Below are positions 1 to 9,235 of a stretch of DNA of 64,000 nucleotides, in pieces. Every line of letters starts with the position of its first letter. Position 1 is the first letter of the stretch. The translations under genes were made by a program, and so were the position numbers. The stretch comes from a virus (lineage: Duplodnaviria; Caudoviricetes), in the IMG/VR virus record IMGVR_UViG_2828341930_000001, positions 72-64,071 of that record; one strand, written 5' to 3'. The notes beneath the pieces are model-generated. The model searched no databases. It saw only the letters and a program-made list of their open reading frames with translations, and was not told the origin of the DNA.

Positions 1-1084
1 CTTCCAGGCGTTCCATGGCCCTGGCCGCCAGCCCCTTCTGCCGGGCCGCGCGGGTGTAGTGCGCCACCTGGCTTAGGGTCCTGTGCCCCGTGATGGCGGC
101 AATCTCATGCTCGCTGGCCCCCAGCTCAGCAAGGCGGGTCGCCGCCGTCTTGCGCAGGCCGTGGGCGCTGCAATGGTCAAGACCGGCTTCCCGGCACCAG
201 TCCCGAAACATGTTGCCGAAACTGGCGACGGCGAAGGGCTTGCCCCGCATCGTCACCAAATAGGCCAGGTGCCCGGTGTTGGTCTGGTCCAGGATTTCGC
301 GCAACGGCGCGACGATGGGGATTGAGACGGTCACCGGCTTATGGCGGGCGCCCTTGGCCTGGGTGATCGTCAACCAGCCGTCCTTGACGTGCTGGGGACC
401 CATTCGAACGACGTCTGATCGGCGTTGACCCGTATACAACAGCAGGGCCATGGCCAGCCGCGCCCGCGTGCCTATCGGGTGTTTAGCCTCGAATTGCGCC
501 ACCTCTTCAAGGGTCCAGGTGTGATAGCCCTCCCCCTCTTGAGGGAATTTCTGCACGTCGCGCGCCGGGTTGGTCTGCAACCACCCGGCCTTGACCGCGA
601 CGCGGAAGAGGTGTTTCAGCGCCTTCAACAGGTTGTTCGCCCCCTCGGGGGTGTCCGACCGGTCGTCGTGCAGTTTCTGCACGTGGGTGCTGGTCATCAG
701 GTGGGCTGGGTTCTTGCCATATTTTTCACACAGGGCGTCCAGCAAGTAGCGCCGCGCCTTCTGTGTGCCGGGATCAAGCTGGTTACGAAAGGCGCCTGTC
801 GCATAGTACCGTTCCACCAGGGCGCGGAATGTCCCTGGCGCGGCTGCGGTTTCCCCTGGCGCGGGTTTGCCCTTCCGGCGCGGCGCGCGCTCGGGTGCCT
901 TGCCCTCAAGGGCGGCGCGATATTGCGCCATGAATTCCGGCGTCCCGGGCGTGGCGGTCAGCAGCACCTTGAGGTGTCCGCGCCGTCGCAGGTAGATCCG
1001 GACCTTGCCGTGGCGGTCGACGTCTTCCACCAGGTATTTCAGCTTGACCGTGCCGGTACCATCCCGCAGGCGGAATTCAACCAT
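1..1084 (-). CDS. int: Tyrosine recombinase/integrase (stop lies beyond window edge; absent from ORF track)
   Basis: Manual translation MVEFRLRDGTGTVKLKYLVEDVDRHGKVRIY...LLYTGQRRSDV...SAHGLRKTAATRLAE...ITGHRTLSQVAHYTR contains the R, HxxR, H and Y catalytic residues. Confidence 0.95.
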   Translation of the reverse strand, partial: MVEFRLRDGTGTVKLKYLVEDVDRHGKVRIYLRRRGHLKVLLTATPGTPEFMAQYRAALEGKAPERAPRRKGKPAPGETAAAPGTFRALVERYYATGAFRNQLDPGTQKARRYLLDALCEKYGKNPAHLMTSTHVQKLHDDRSDTPEGANNLLKALKHLFRVAVKAGWLQTNPARDVQKFPQEGEGYHTWTLEEVAQFEAKHPIGTRARLAMALLLYTGQRRSDVVRMGPQHVKDGWLTITQAKGARHKPVTVSIPIVAPLREILDQTNTGHLAYLVTMRGKPFAVASFGNMFRDWCREAGLDHCSAHGLRKTAATRLAELGASEHEIAAITGHRTLSQVAHYTRAARQKGLAARAMERLE

Positions 1085-1092
1085 CGCGCCCT

Positions 1093-1374
1093 CTACTTTC
1101 CAGGCGCCAGCCCGCAATCCACATCCCAGGGGTTCACGTCGCCGGCCGGCGGCACCATCGCCGCCCCGGCCTCATCGGGCAACGCGGAAAAGGCGGCGTC
1201 AAGGGCCATCAGGTCCCAAACCCGGCGCCCATCGATCCGCTTCGGCCGGGGCATGGCGCCGCGCTCGATCATCTGATCGAATTTTGTGGCGCTGATCCCC
1301 ACGTACTCCGCCGCCTGTTCGCGGGACAGCCCTCGCGGTGGAAGGGATGCCGGCAAGATGCCGCGCTTGGTCAT
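1093..1374 (-). CDS. Excisionase/AlpA-like HTH protein
   Basis: PRGLSREQAAEYVGISATKFDQMIERGAMPRPKRIDGRRVWD; directly upstream of int. Confidence 0.85.
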   Translation of the reverse strand: MTKRGILPASLPPRGLSREQAAEYVGISATKFDQMIERGAMPRPKRIDGRRVWDLMALDAAFSALPDEAGAAMVPPAGDVNPWDVDCGLAPGK

Positions 1375-1703
1375 GCCGCCCGCCCTCCCCCCTGCTCAAT
1401 CGCCTGGTGAGCCTGATGGGCCTTGTACCAGGCGAAGGCTTCTTCCGGCTTGCCCAGCTCGCCCGTGACCTTGCGGCGGGCGCGCATGGCGGCGGCTTGC
1501 CTCCACGTGATGGTGATCGCCCCCGCCTTGACGGCCAGGGCGCGGCGCGACGCACTGACGTCGTAGTGGTCGCCCTGGTACCAGCGGCGAAGCATGCCGA
1601 TGCGGCTGGCCATGGCGTGCAACTCCGCCTCCGTGTCCGCGATCATGTGGCACAGGATCATGCGCCCCAGCTGCGCCCGCATGTTGTCGACATAGACGGT
1701 CAT
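1371..1703 (-). CDS. DUF4031 family phage protein
   Basis: MTVYVDNM...CHMIADTEAELHAMASRIG...WYQGDHYDV pattern. Confidence 0.8.
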   Translation of the reverse strand: MTVYVDNMRAQLGRMILCHMIADTEAELHAMASRIGMLRRWYQGDHYDVSASRRALAVKAGAITITWRQAAAMRARRKVTGELGKPEEAFAWYKAHQAHQAIEQGGGRAA

Positions 1704-1945
1704 GATGGCACCCTGGCACGAACGGCGTTCGTGGCGGCCACGTCAACGCATCGGCGGAACCGGTTCAGGGCCGCCTCCCGCTCATCAATGTTGGGGAAGG
1801 TGGTCGCCAGCACGCCGCCCACGGGGATGGCCATGACGATCACGAAATCATGGGCGTCCAAGTTATGGCGTTCGATCACGGCGCCTATGGCCTCGCTCAT
1901 ATCCGCCGCCGCGCTGGTCAGGCGTTGTTCGTTCACGGGGGTCAT
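1700..1945 (-). CDS. Hypothetical phage protein
   Basis: MTPVNEQRL... ORF overlapping both neighbours by 4 nt. Confidence 0.6.
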   Translation of the reverse strand: MTPVNEQRLTSAAADMSEAIGAVIERHNLDAHDFVIVMAIPVGGVLATTFPNIDEREAALNRFRRCVDVAATNAVRARVPS

Positions 1946-2517
1946 TCCGCCGCCCTCCCCGCCAGTTGCGCGGCGACGCTGATCGGCAAGGGCTTGCTGG
2001 TCACCGTCCAATGCTGCGTCCAGTCCGGCATGGGCGGCCGGTGCAGGATCCGGATGGCATTGGCGCGGCCCCTGCCCCGGCTGATCCAGCCCCGTTCCTC
2101 CAAGCGGCACAGGATGGCGTGGACGTTGCTGCGGGACGCAAGTTCCAGTTCATCGGCCATTTCCTGCATGCTGGGAATGGCGCCAGTGGCGTCCATGCAC
2201 TCCGTCAACAGGCGCATGACGGACAACTGGCGCTTGGTCAGCGCGGCCGGCGGCAGGACCGTTGTCATCTGTTCTGGTATGTGCGCGGACGACAGCGACA
2301 GCATGACATAGCCTGGGGTCAGATATGGACCAGAGGCGAGGATGTGGGTGACGTGGCGGGTCAGGCGGCGACCGGTGGGGATGCCGTCCCGGCATTCGTG
2401 CAACCGGAGTTGGTCACCCACCTGATAGTCGCGATCATCGCGCCGCAACTCCGCCGTTTTCCGCCCCGCCTCCACCTCCGTGTAATGCGCCTCATCGCAT
2501 TTAAGATCGTGGATCAT
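1942..2517 (-). CDS. ASCH/DUF3850 domain fused to LexA-type DNA-binding winged helix
   Basis: N-term HDLKCD...GRKTAELRRDDRDYQVGD; C-term LTKRQLSVMRLL...IPSMQEMADELELASRSNVHAILCRLEERGWI. Confidence 0.75.
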   Translation of the reverse strand: MIHDLKCDEAHYTEVEAGRKTAELRRDDRDYQVGDQLRLHECRDGIPTGRRLTRHVTHILASGPYLTPGYVMLSLSSAHIPEQMTTVLPPAALTKRQLSVMRLLTECMDATGAIPSMQEMADELELASRSNVHAILCRLEERGWISRGRGRANAIRILHRPPMPDWTQHWTVTSKPLPISVAAQLAGRAAE

Positions 2518-2753
2518 GGCGCATCCCCCTCTTGGATGATCGCTGCCAGGGCGCGGATGGCCGCCTTGGCGTCTTCGTCCAGGTCTGCGGCTATGGCCTT
2601 GAAGTCCAAGCCTATGTCATTCCCTTCCCTGGTAAGGCTGTTGATGAGGCAGGCGACGGCGAAATCGCCATCCTCGACAACAGCATGGGCAATATCGTCC
2701 GTATCCGGATAAATGGTGGCGCTGGTGGTCAAGCTGATGCTCGTGCTGGTCAT
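2514..2753 (-). CDS. Hypothetical phage protein
   Basis: Coupled ORF in leftward operon. Confidence 0.6.
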   Translation of the reverse strand: MTSTSISLTTSATIYPDTDDIAHAVVEDGDFAVACLINSLTREGNDIGLDFKAIAADLDEDAKAAIRALAAIIQEGDAP

Positions 2754-2786
2754 GGCGGAAACCTCTCAATTCAGCGGGAGTGGGGG

Positions 2787-3014
2787 CTAAGCGAGGGTGT
2801 GGCGGACCATCTCAGCCAACGCCTTGAACGGTCCCAACTGGTCAATCTCGTGCTGGCAAAGGGGGCGCTGAAACTTGATCCTGATGGCCGGGTCCAGCGC
2901 GTCCAGGAACGCGGCGACAACGGCGGCAGCAACCGCGCGGTCAGCTGGGTTCCCGGCGTTTTCCAACGCTTGGGCGCCAGCATTGACGGCCTGCCGAATG
3001 GCGAATGCGCTCAT
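2787..3014 (-). CDS. Hypothetical phage protein
   Basis: MSAFAIRQAVNAG... preceded by GAGG; fits operon. Confidence 0.5.
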   Translation of the reverse strand: MSAFAIRQAVNAGAQALENAGNPADRAVAAAVVAAFLDALDPAIRIKFQRPLCQHEIDQLGPFKALAEMVRHTLA

Positions 3015-3025
3015 GCCGTATCCTC

Positions 3026-5122
3026 TCAAATCAACAGGGGTGGGACGTCCAGGGCCGCACCGATCGCGACCGGGCGGACCCAGATGGGGGTGTGGCGGAT
3101 GGGCTGTTGTTTGCCGGCGCGGACCAGCATCAGCAGCTGAAGGAAGACGTTGCCGATGGCCTCCGCCGCCGGTTCGGGTACCGCGTTGCCGATGGCTTCG
3201 CGCCACCGGCTGTCGCTGGCGCCATCCAACTCAAACGGCTCCCCGGGGTCGACCATGCCTTGCAGGGCGGCAAGTTCCAGGGTGGTGAATGGCCGGTGCC
3301 ATGTGCCGTCCATCGCCCGGATGACGCACACAAGGCGGTCTTTCGGGTCCGGCAAGCGGCCTGCCGGCGCTTCGCCCTGGGCGTCACGCGGATCGGCAAC
3401 GGACCATGCGCCGTTGTTGTTCTTGGCGTAGGCGGGGATGGCGCGGGTCTGCCCGTTCCATTCGTTTACCCCGTAGTGGCCACCGGTGGTGTAGTGCTGG
3501 CGTCCGCCGCGGGCGAATTCCGGCATGACGTCCGCCACGGCATAGGCGCCGTGGCCGGTGGTGCTGGCACCGATCACCGTCCCAGCCGCCCCGTCGAGCG
3601 CGACCACGGCATATTTGCCGCCGCCGCCATGGCTGGTGCACGCCTTGGGGTCCGCCACGCATAGGCCGCCGCTGGCCACCTGGACGGCGCACGACACCGT
3701 CGGGGCGCTGTCGTCCGCGTCCACCACCTTGTACTTGTTGACGTGGGCGGACGGGGACCAGTTGGCGCAACGCGGGTCGGCCACCGAATGGGCGCCCTGC
3801 CCCGGGAGGCTTTGGCCTGAAACCGTGCCCGTCTGGCCGTCCCAGCGGCGGACGCCATATTGCTGGTATTCCTTGCCCTGGAAATGCGGATCGGCGACGC
3901 ATAGGCCGCCCCCGGAAGGCCGCGCGCCGGCCCCGATGGTGGGCGAGGCCTCGCCCGCCTCCACCACCCGATAGACGTTCTTGAACGGTGCCTTGCCGTC
4001 GCGCGTCCGGATATCCGCCACGGCATAGGCGCCCTTGCTGGGGCGCGCGTCGCCGCTGATGGTGCCGGACTGGCCATCCCAGGGGTTGACCCCCAGGAAG
4101 CCCGTGCCCTCGCGGCTGGTGATTACGTGAGGGTCGGCCACGTTGAAAGCGCCCGTGCAGGGTCCGGCGCTGCCCGTGATGGTGCCGCAGCTATCATTGA
4201 CGCCATGGACGCCAAGGGTTCCGTCCCTCCAAGGCCGTTCGGGCATGATGCGGAAGTCGCGCAGCATGCCGTCTTCCACCGCCAAGCGGTTCAGGCTGCG
4301 CCAGTCCTTGCCGGCCTCCACGAATGCCAGGCGTACCCAGGTGATCCATTGCAGGGCCGGAACGCGGTGCCCCAGCCCCATGGACAAGTCGCCCGGGGGC
4401 GGCAGGGGTTCCAGCACCTTGCCCACGGTCGATAGCGGGCGCATCGGCGGCTCATAGAGGAAGGCCGGCACCTTGGCGCGGTTGCGCGCCACCAGCAGGA
4501 AGCGGGGGCGCCGCTGCGCCAATCCACCCAGCCGGCCGCAGCAGTGTTTGGTTTCCGCGCTGGCATAGCCGCCCTGGTCCAGGCGCGCCATGATGCGGTC
4601 CAGCATCGAGCGGCCCCGGACGGAAATGCGAACGACGTTCTCGAACAGGATGAACTCGGGGGGATCGTCGCCCCACGCCTCTATCACCAGGCGCAGGCAG
4701 TTTTCGGCCAGGTTGTTCAGGGCCTTATACTTGGGCGTCGCCGCCTTGCTTTCAGACAGTAGGCCCGATGCGCCCTTGCAGGGGGCGGTGATGAACACGA
4801 TGTGCGGACGGCGATACCCCGCCGCGCGGCGCAAGTCTTCCGCCGTGGCCTCCCGCCATCCGGGTGGCGGCAGGCGGCCATGGAAGGCGATGTAATCCTC
4901 GCGCGGGAACAGGTCCAACACCGTACCCTGAACGCCCGTGCGGCGTGTGAAGTCCCGGATGCAGGCAGGGTCCACATCAACCCCGCCCAGGGTAACGATC
5001 CGACCGCGCGCCAAACCGACACGCTGGCGAGCCTTGGCCATGCCGCGCGCGCCAGCCCCTGAGCCGCAAGCGATGTGGAAGGAGAAGAATTCGTCGTCAT
5101 AGGGGGTTAGCAGCATGCTCAT
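3026..5122 (-). CDS. Phage C5 DNA cytosine methyltransferase with seven internal ~40 aa repeats
   Basis: FHIACGSGAG (motif I), TAPCKG (catalytic PC), LFENV, QRRPR, ELAALQG, AIGNAVP. Confidence 0.85.
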   Translation of the reverse strand: MSMLLTPYDDEFFSFHIACGSGAGARGMAKARQRVGLARGRIVTLGGVDVDPACIRDFTRRTGVQGTVLDLFPREDYIAFHGRLPPPGWREATAEDLRRAAGYRRPHIVFITAPCKGASGLLSESKAATPKYKALNNLAENCLRLVIEAWGDDPPEFILFENVVRISVRGRSMLDRIMARLDQGGYASAETKHCCGRLGGLAQRRPRFLLVARNRAKVPAFLYEPPMRPLSTVGKVLEPLPPPGDLSMGLGHRVPALQWITWVRLAFVEAGKDWRSLNRLAVEDGMLRDFRIMPERPWRDGTLGVHGVNDSCGTITGSAGPCTGAFNVADPHVITSREGTGFLGVNPWDGQSGTISGDARPSKGAYAVADIRTRDGKAPFKNVYRVVEAGEASPTIGAGARPSGGGLCVADPHFQGKEYQQYGVRRWDGQTGTVSGQSLPGQGAHSVADPRCANWSPSAHVNKYKVVDADDSAPTVSCAVQVASGGLCVADPKACTSHGGGGKYAVVALDGAAGTVIGASTTGHGAYAVADVMPEFARGGRQHYTTGGHYGVNEWNGQTRAIPAYAKNNNGAWSVADPRDAQGEAPAGRLPDPKDRLVCVIRAMDGTWHRPFTTLELAALQGMVDPGEPFELDGASDSRWREAIGNAVPEPAAEAIGNVFLQLLMLVRAGKQQPIRHTPIWVRPVAIGAALDVPPLLI

Positions 5123-5304
5123 TCGGCGGCCTCGATCTCATCCGCCACCTGCGTCAGGTCCTCCGCCAGCATGCGGGCGTGTTCGGGGAGGTAGGCTTTC
5201 GCCGTAACCTTGCCGCTCTTGTTGCGGTGGGTGAGCACCACGTATCCATTCAAGGCGTCAACGATGGTGCACCCGGGCAGGGGCTGCTGATGGTTGGCCA
5301 TCAC
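5119..5304 (-). CDS. Hypothetical phage protein
   Basis: 61 aa ORF coupled to both neighbours. Confidence 0.6.
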   Translation of the reverse strand: MMANHQQPLPGCTIVDALNGYVVLTHRNKSGKVTAKAYLPEHARMLAEDLTQVADEIEAAE

Positions 5305-7196
5305 GCACCCCCTTTCAGGACGGCGTCGGCCGCGTCGGCTTCCGCCGCCATGGCGGCGGCGATTTCGTCGTAGGTGCCAAAGCGGAATTCCGCTGGGATG
5401 GTGCGAACGTCGTTCGCGTCAACAAAGTCCGCGATGGCGGAGCGGAGCTTGCCTGCATCCCATTTTTTCAGGTCCGCAACAGCGATAGGGCTGGTGAAGC
5501 GGTGATGCCGCCCACCCTGGGTCATGCCGATGGTGACGGCCAGCCGACGCAAGCGGTGCGCGTCCAGCAAGGAAAGATAGTGGGTATCAATCTGCCATTG
5601 ATCCGCCATCCGGGGCATGTCCGCAGCCCAGGCCGCGACCGCCGCAGGGCTGTCCCCACCCGCGACGTTGCCACCGGCATAGACACGGGCCGCAACAAGG
5701 GCGGCAAACAACACCCGCAAATCGCTGTCCGGAAGGTCCAGCAGGGCGCGCACCAGGTCCGCCGCCGCATCGGACCGCGCTACGCGCCCATCCTCGGCTT
5801 CCGCCCGGACTGGGGCCATGGCGGCGGTGAGGGTTGAGCGATGGGTACGTTGGCTTTCCAGCGCTTCGGCCAACGTGGGGTGCACTGCCCTACGGCTGCC
5901 TGGGCTGCCGCTGCGCAGAAGGATGGCCGGGTCGTTGCCCATCATCCCGACGCACGCCAAGACCATTGCCATGCGCGTATGCGCGAATACGGTCATCTGC
6001 AACGCCTGGGTCTTCACCCGGTCGACATAGTCGCGGTGCTGGGGGGACATTAGCGATGGGCCCGGCAGTACCGGGGCGGCAGCCATCTGGACGTCACCGC
6101 GCTGGAAGGCTGGGGTAGTCGGTGCGGGGTCCGGCTTCGCGTATGCGTGGCGCTGGACGAGGTCTTCCCGTAGATCCCGCATCGCCTGCAGAAAGGGTGG
6201 GCGTTCCGGGGCGTTGGCGCCCAAGGTGGTCGGCTGCGGATGGCCCAGCCCCAACGCGTCCAGCAGGCCGCCGGGCTCTACCATGGGCAGCTGCGGCGCC
6301 ATGGCGGCGGCGTGTTCCGCGATGCGGTCGCGCAGGTCCACCGCCGTGGCATAGCCATCGGCGCCCATCCCGATCCGCATGGCATGATATTCCTGCTGAT
6401 CCGCCGGCAGGCGCATCAGTTCGCGGGCCATTTCCAGGTTGACGCCGTCGCCGTCCAGCCACAGGTCCTTGACGGCCTCGGTCAGGTCGCGGGCCATCTG
6501 CATCCGCAGTTCCACCCACCGGGGGGTGCGGCCCTTGAACATCCGGCCGATTTCGTCCTTGGTCCATCCGGCGGCGAGCATGTCCAGGAAGGCTTGCCCT
6601 TCCTCCAACGGGTGCATGTCCTTGCGGTCTATGTTTTCCATCGCCGCGATGGCCAGCACGTCCTTGTCCGTGGCGGGGCGGATGTCCACCTTCATGGCGT
6701 GATCGCCCGGCCAGGTACCGCGCTCCACCAGGATGGTAGCGGCGCGCAGGCGCCGTCCGCCGATGAAGACTTCAAAGTATCCGACACTGTCGGGATGCGG
6801 GCGCGCGGTCAGGTTTTGCAGCTGGCCCTGCGCGGCCATGCTGTCCGCCAGTTCCTCCAAGGCGTCCACGTCGAACACCTTGCGGGGGTTCAGGGCGCTG
6901 GGCATCAGCCGATCCAGCGGGATCATCCGCACGCCGCTGTCCGGTTCCTCCGCCCCCGCCGCCCCCGGGCTGGCAAGGTCCGCATCCCCGGTCAGGTGAC
7001 CAAGGGTGACGTCCAGCACGGGCGCCAGCTTGCGCAGGGTGTCCAGGTCCAAGCCTGGGGTGGCGCCGCGCAGGACTGCGCCGATGCTGGCGTGCGACGC
7101 GAGGCCTGCCGCGCGGGCCAGGGGCCGGATACCCAAACCCTTGGCGTCCATCGCGGCCTTGAGGCGCTGCCCCAGCTGGGAGATTTCGGCGGTCAT
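5301..7196 (-). CDS. XRE-HTH fused to ParB/RepB/Spo0J family protein
   Basis: N-term HTH (RLKAAMDAKGLGIRPLARAAG); IPLDRLMPSALNPRK...LQNL...IGGRRLRAA; AMENIDRKDMHPLEEGQAF. Confidence 0.85.
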   Translation of the reverse strand: MTAEISQLGQRLKAAMDAKGLGIRPLARAAGLASHASIGAVLRGATPGLDLDTLRKLAPVLDVTLGHLTGDADLASPGAAGAEEPDSGVRMIPLDRLMPSALNPRKVFDVDALEELADSMAAQGQLQNLTARPHPDSVGYFEVFIGGRRLRAATILVERGTWPGDHAMKVDIRPATDKDVLAIAAMENIDRKDMHPLEEGQAFLDMLAAGWTKDEIGRMFKGRTPRWVELRMQMARDLTEAVKDLWLDGDGVNLEMARELMRLPADQQEYHAMRIGMGADGYATAVDLRDRIAEHAAAMAPQLPMVEPGGLLDALGLGHPQPTTLGANAPERPPFLQAMRDLREDLVQRHAYAKPDPAPTTPAFQRGDVQMAAAPVLPGPSLMSPQHRDYVDRVKTQALQMTVFAHTRMAMVLACVGMMGNDPAILLRSGSPGSRRAVHPTLAEALESQRTHRSTLTAAMAPVRAEAEDGRVARSDAAADLVRALLDLPDSDLRVLFAALVAARVYAGGNVAGGDSPAAVAAWAADMPRMADQWQIDTHYLSLLDAHRLRRLAVTIGMTQGGRHHRFTSPIAVADLKKWDAGKLRSAIADFVDANDVRTIPAEFRFGTYDEIAAAMAAEADAADAVLKGGA

Positions 7197-8026
7197 GGGG
7201 TGCCCCCGGCGGCGCCTTCATCGGCTGGCACCCGGAAGTAGGTGGCGATCTGATCGCCTGTCAGCGCCACGCCCGATTGGATCAGCGCCAGGATGGCCGC
7301 CTGTTGTTCCTCGTTGCCGGCGCTCATGTGGCGGGCCTGGTAGGGATTGATCTTGCCTTCTTCCAGCGCCCGCTTTGCGGGATCGATCAGCCGCTCGACC
7401 ATGCGCAGCGAGTATTGCACCACCCGGGGATTGACCCCTGACGCGGCGCCGATTTCGGATGCGGTCATGCCGCCATCCGCCATGCCCCGCCACCATTCCG
7501 CCATGTTCAGCGCCGATGCCCCGGGCGCGGATGGAATTTCCGGCGGCGGGCTGGCCGTCGCCAGACCGATATCCCGCCAATAGCGCTGTGCCGCGAGCGG
7601 GCCGTGCACGCGCAGGTATGTCACGACCATCAGCCGCTTCCGATAATCCTCATCCGTCAGCACGATGCGCGGCAGGGGGCGCGCCGCTTGCCCCATCTCA
7701 TAGCGCCCGGTGCGGCGCAGGCTGGGAAGGACCTCGGCCGTCACCCACTTCTTGAAGCGCTTAGCCGCCGGCTTGCGGCTGGTCAGGATCAGGCTGTAGA
7801 GGCCGCTTTCGTTGATCACGGTCAACTGCTGAACCTGCGCCCGGGCGATACCCTCGATATTGTCGAGGGTATCCCGCTCATCAGGATCTAAACGCCGTGA
7901 AGCGTCAGACGTGTTGCCAATCTCAAGCACACGGCACACGTCGGACAGCACCCACCAGGGGGCGCCCTCGCGATCCAAAACGCGGACGTTGGCGCCTTCA
8001 AAGCTGAAGGGAATTACAGCGGTCAT
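7193..8026 (-). CDS. BRO-N domain antirepressor with C-terminal ParB-like HTH
   Basis: FSFEGANVRV...DVCRVLEI...INESGLYSLILTSRKPAAKRFKKWVTAEVLPSLRRTGRY. Confidence 0.9.
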   Translation of the reverse strand: MTAVIPFSFEGANVRVLDREGAPWWVLSDVCRVLEIGNTSDASRRLDPDERDTLDNIEGIARAQVQQLTVINESGLYSLILTSRKPAAKRFKKWVTAEVLPSLRRTGRYEMGQAARPLPRIVLTDEDYRKRLMVVTYLRVHGPLAAQRYWRDIGLATASPPPEIPSAPGASALNMAEWWRGMADGGMTASEIGAASGVNPRVVQYSLRMVERLIDPAKRALEEGKINPYQARHMSAGNEEQQAAILALIQSGVALTGDQIATYFRVPADEGAAGGTP

Positions 8027-8041
8027 TTCTGGTTCCTTGGG

Positions 8042-8311
8042 TTAGATCGCGCGGGGAGCGCCGCAGGCCACTCGTTGCGCCTTTTCAAGGGCGGCCTTTT
8101 CCAGGCCCAGCGCATTGCCGAAGCCCCGGCCCCGCGCGGCGACGCCAATGTGGTTGGCGGCGGCGGCGCGTAAGCGGGGGGTGACCGACGCGGCGCCCGC
8201 CAGCTTGTCCAGGTAGTCGAAGCCCCGGATGGCCAGGAGAAAGCTATGTTCGTGGCTCGCGAGATGGGCGTGGCGCCAATACATCATGGTCTGGATTTCA
8301 AGGCGGGACAT
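8042..8311 (-). CDS. Hypothetical, first gene of leftward early operon
   Basis: MSRLEIQTMMYWRHAHL..., GGAGG upstream. Confidence 0.5.
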   Translation of the reverse strand: MSRLEIQTMMYWRHAHLASHEHSFLLAIRGFDYLDKLAGAASVTPRLRAAAANHIGVAARGRGFGNALGLEKAALEKAQRVACGAPRAI

Positions 8312-8334
8312 GTTCAGCCCTCCGGGATCGGGAG

Positions 8335-8367
8335 AAAATCCCCCGGGGGTGGGGCTCACCCCCGGGG
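8335..8367 (-). terminator. Hairpin, probable leftward terminator (tL-like)
   Basis: CCCCGGGGGTG/CACCCCCGGGG 11 bp stem followed by ATTTTCT on minus strand. Confidence 0.5.
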
Positions 8368-8430
8368 AGTGCCCGGGAAGGCGTGCCCCGGGGCCGGTGG
8401 TGAACAGGGAGGAAACGACCGGCCTAACAG

Positions 8431-8482
8431 AAATTGCACAACGCAATTTTCTTGGCAACACAATTTGATTGCATTTCGCGAT
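8431..8482. promoter_or_regulatory. OL-like operators ATTGC-N5-GC(A/G)AT
   Basis: AAATTGC-ACAAC-GCAATTT at 8431-8449 and ATTGC-ATTTC-GCGAT at 8468-8482. Confidence 0.6.
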
Positions 8483-8600
8483 CCGCCGCAAAATTACATG
8501 GCTGCGGCAAAATTGCATGGCGTGCCTTGGCGCCCTCCTAGGTGTTTCTGCCATGGCATGCGTGGCGCGAACGGCGTTCGATTTTCATCATGGCGGCACC

Positions 8601-8954
8601 ATGCAAACACCGCCTGAAAACCGAATTCGCGAGATGCGCCAGCGTGCAGGCCAGACCCAAGAGGAGCTGGCGCACGCCCTGGGGACATCGTCTGGCCAGG
8701 TTCACAAGCTGGAAAGCGGCAAGCTGGGTCTAAGCCTGCAATGGATGGTGAGGATCGCCGACGCGCTTGGCTGCCATGCTCGCGACCTCATACCGCCGCC
8801 AAGCGGATCTGTCGAAGAACGCGCCGGGCAGCTGACCGAAAAAGCGCAGATCCTCACCAAGTTGGTGGCGGCTGGTCATTTTCGGGCGGCCTCGGCCTTG
8901 GCGAGTGATCTGGGCAAGGCGCTAGGCGCCGCGGCAGATGACTTCCCCGATTGA
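8601..8954 (+). CDS. XRE-family HTH regulator
   Basis: NRIREMRQRAGQTQEELAHALGTSSGQVHKLESGK. Confidence 0.85.
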   Translation: MQTPPENRIREMRQRAGQTQEELAHALGTSSGQVHKLESGKLGLSLQWMVRIADALGCHARDLIPPPSGSVEERAGQLTEKAQILTKLVAAGHFRAASALASDLGKALGAAADDFPD

Positions 8955-9235
8955 TTTTCTGCCGTGATGGCAGGATGACGGCTGCACCATGAATACCCAA
9001 GTAGTCAATCTTGGCGTGTATACGTGGCGTTAACGCTCCAGATGCGTGTATTTTTGTGGAAATATCCGCAATCATTGCCGTAGTGTAGGCGTTAGACCGC
9101 CACTGGCAGGGAGGTCTCGCGCTTGCCGGCGCGTTACCAGTCAGAAAACCCCCTGACCGACCATAGCCGCATGCTTTCAGTCGCCCTGCCAGGGCGGCAA
9201 TCTGATCATATTGGCTGTCCGGGTGGTTACTTAAT

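Noticed and set aside
8567-8581. Alphaproteobacterial LexA box
   Set aside because: That box is a GTTC-N7-GTTC direct repeat; the motif here is an inverted repeat with a 3-nt spacer.
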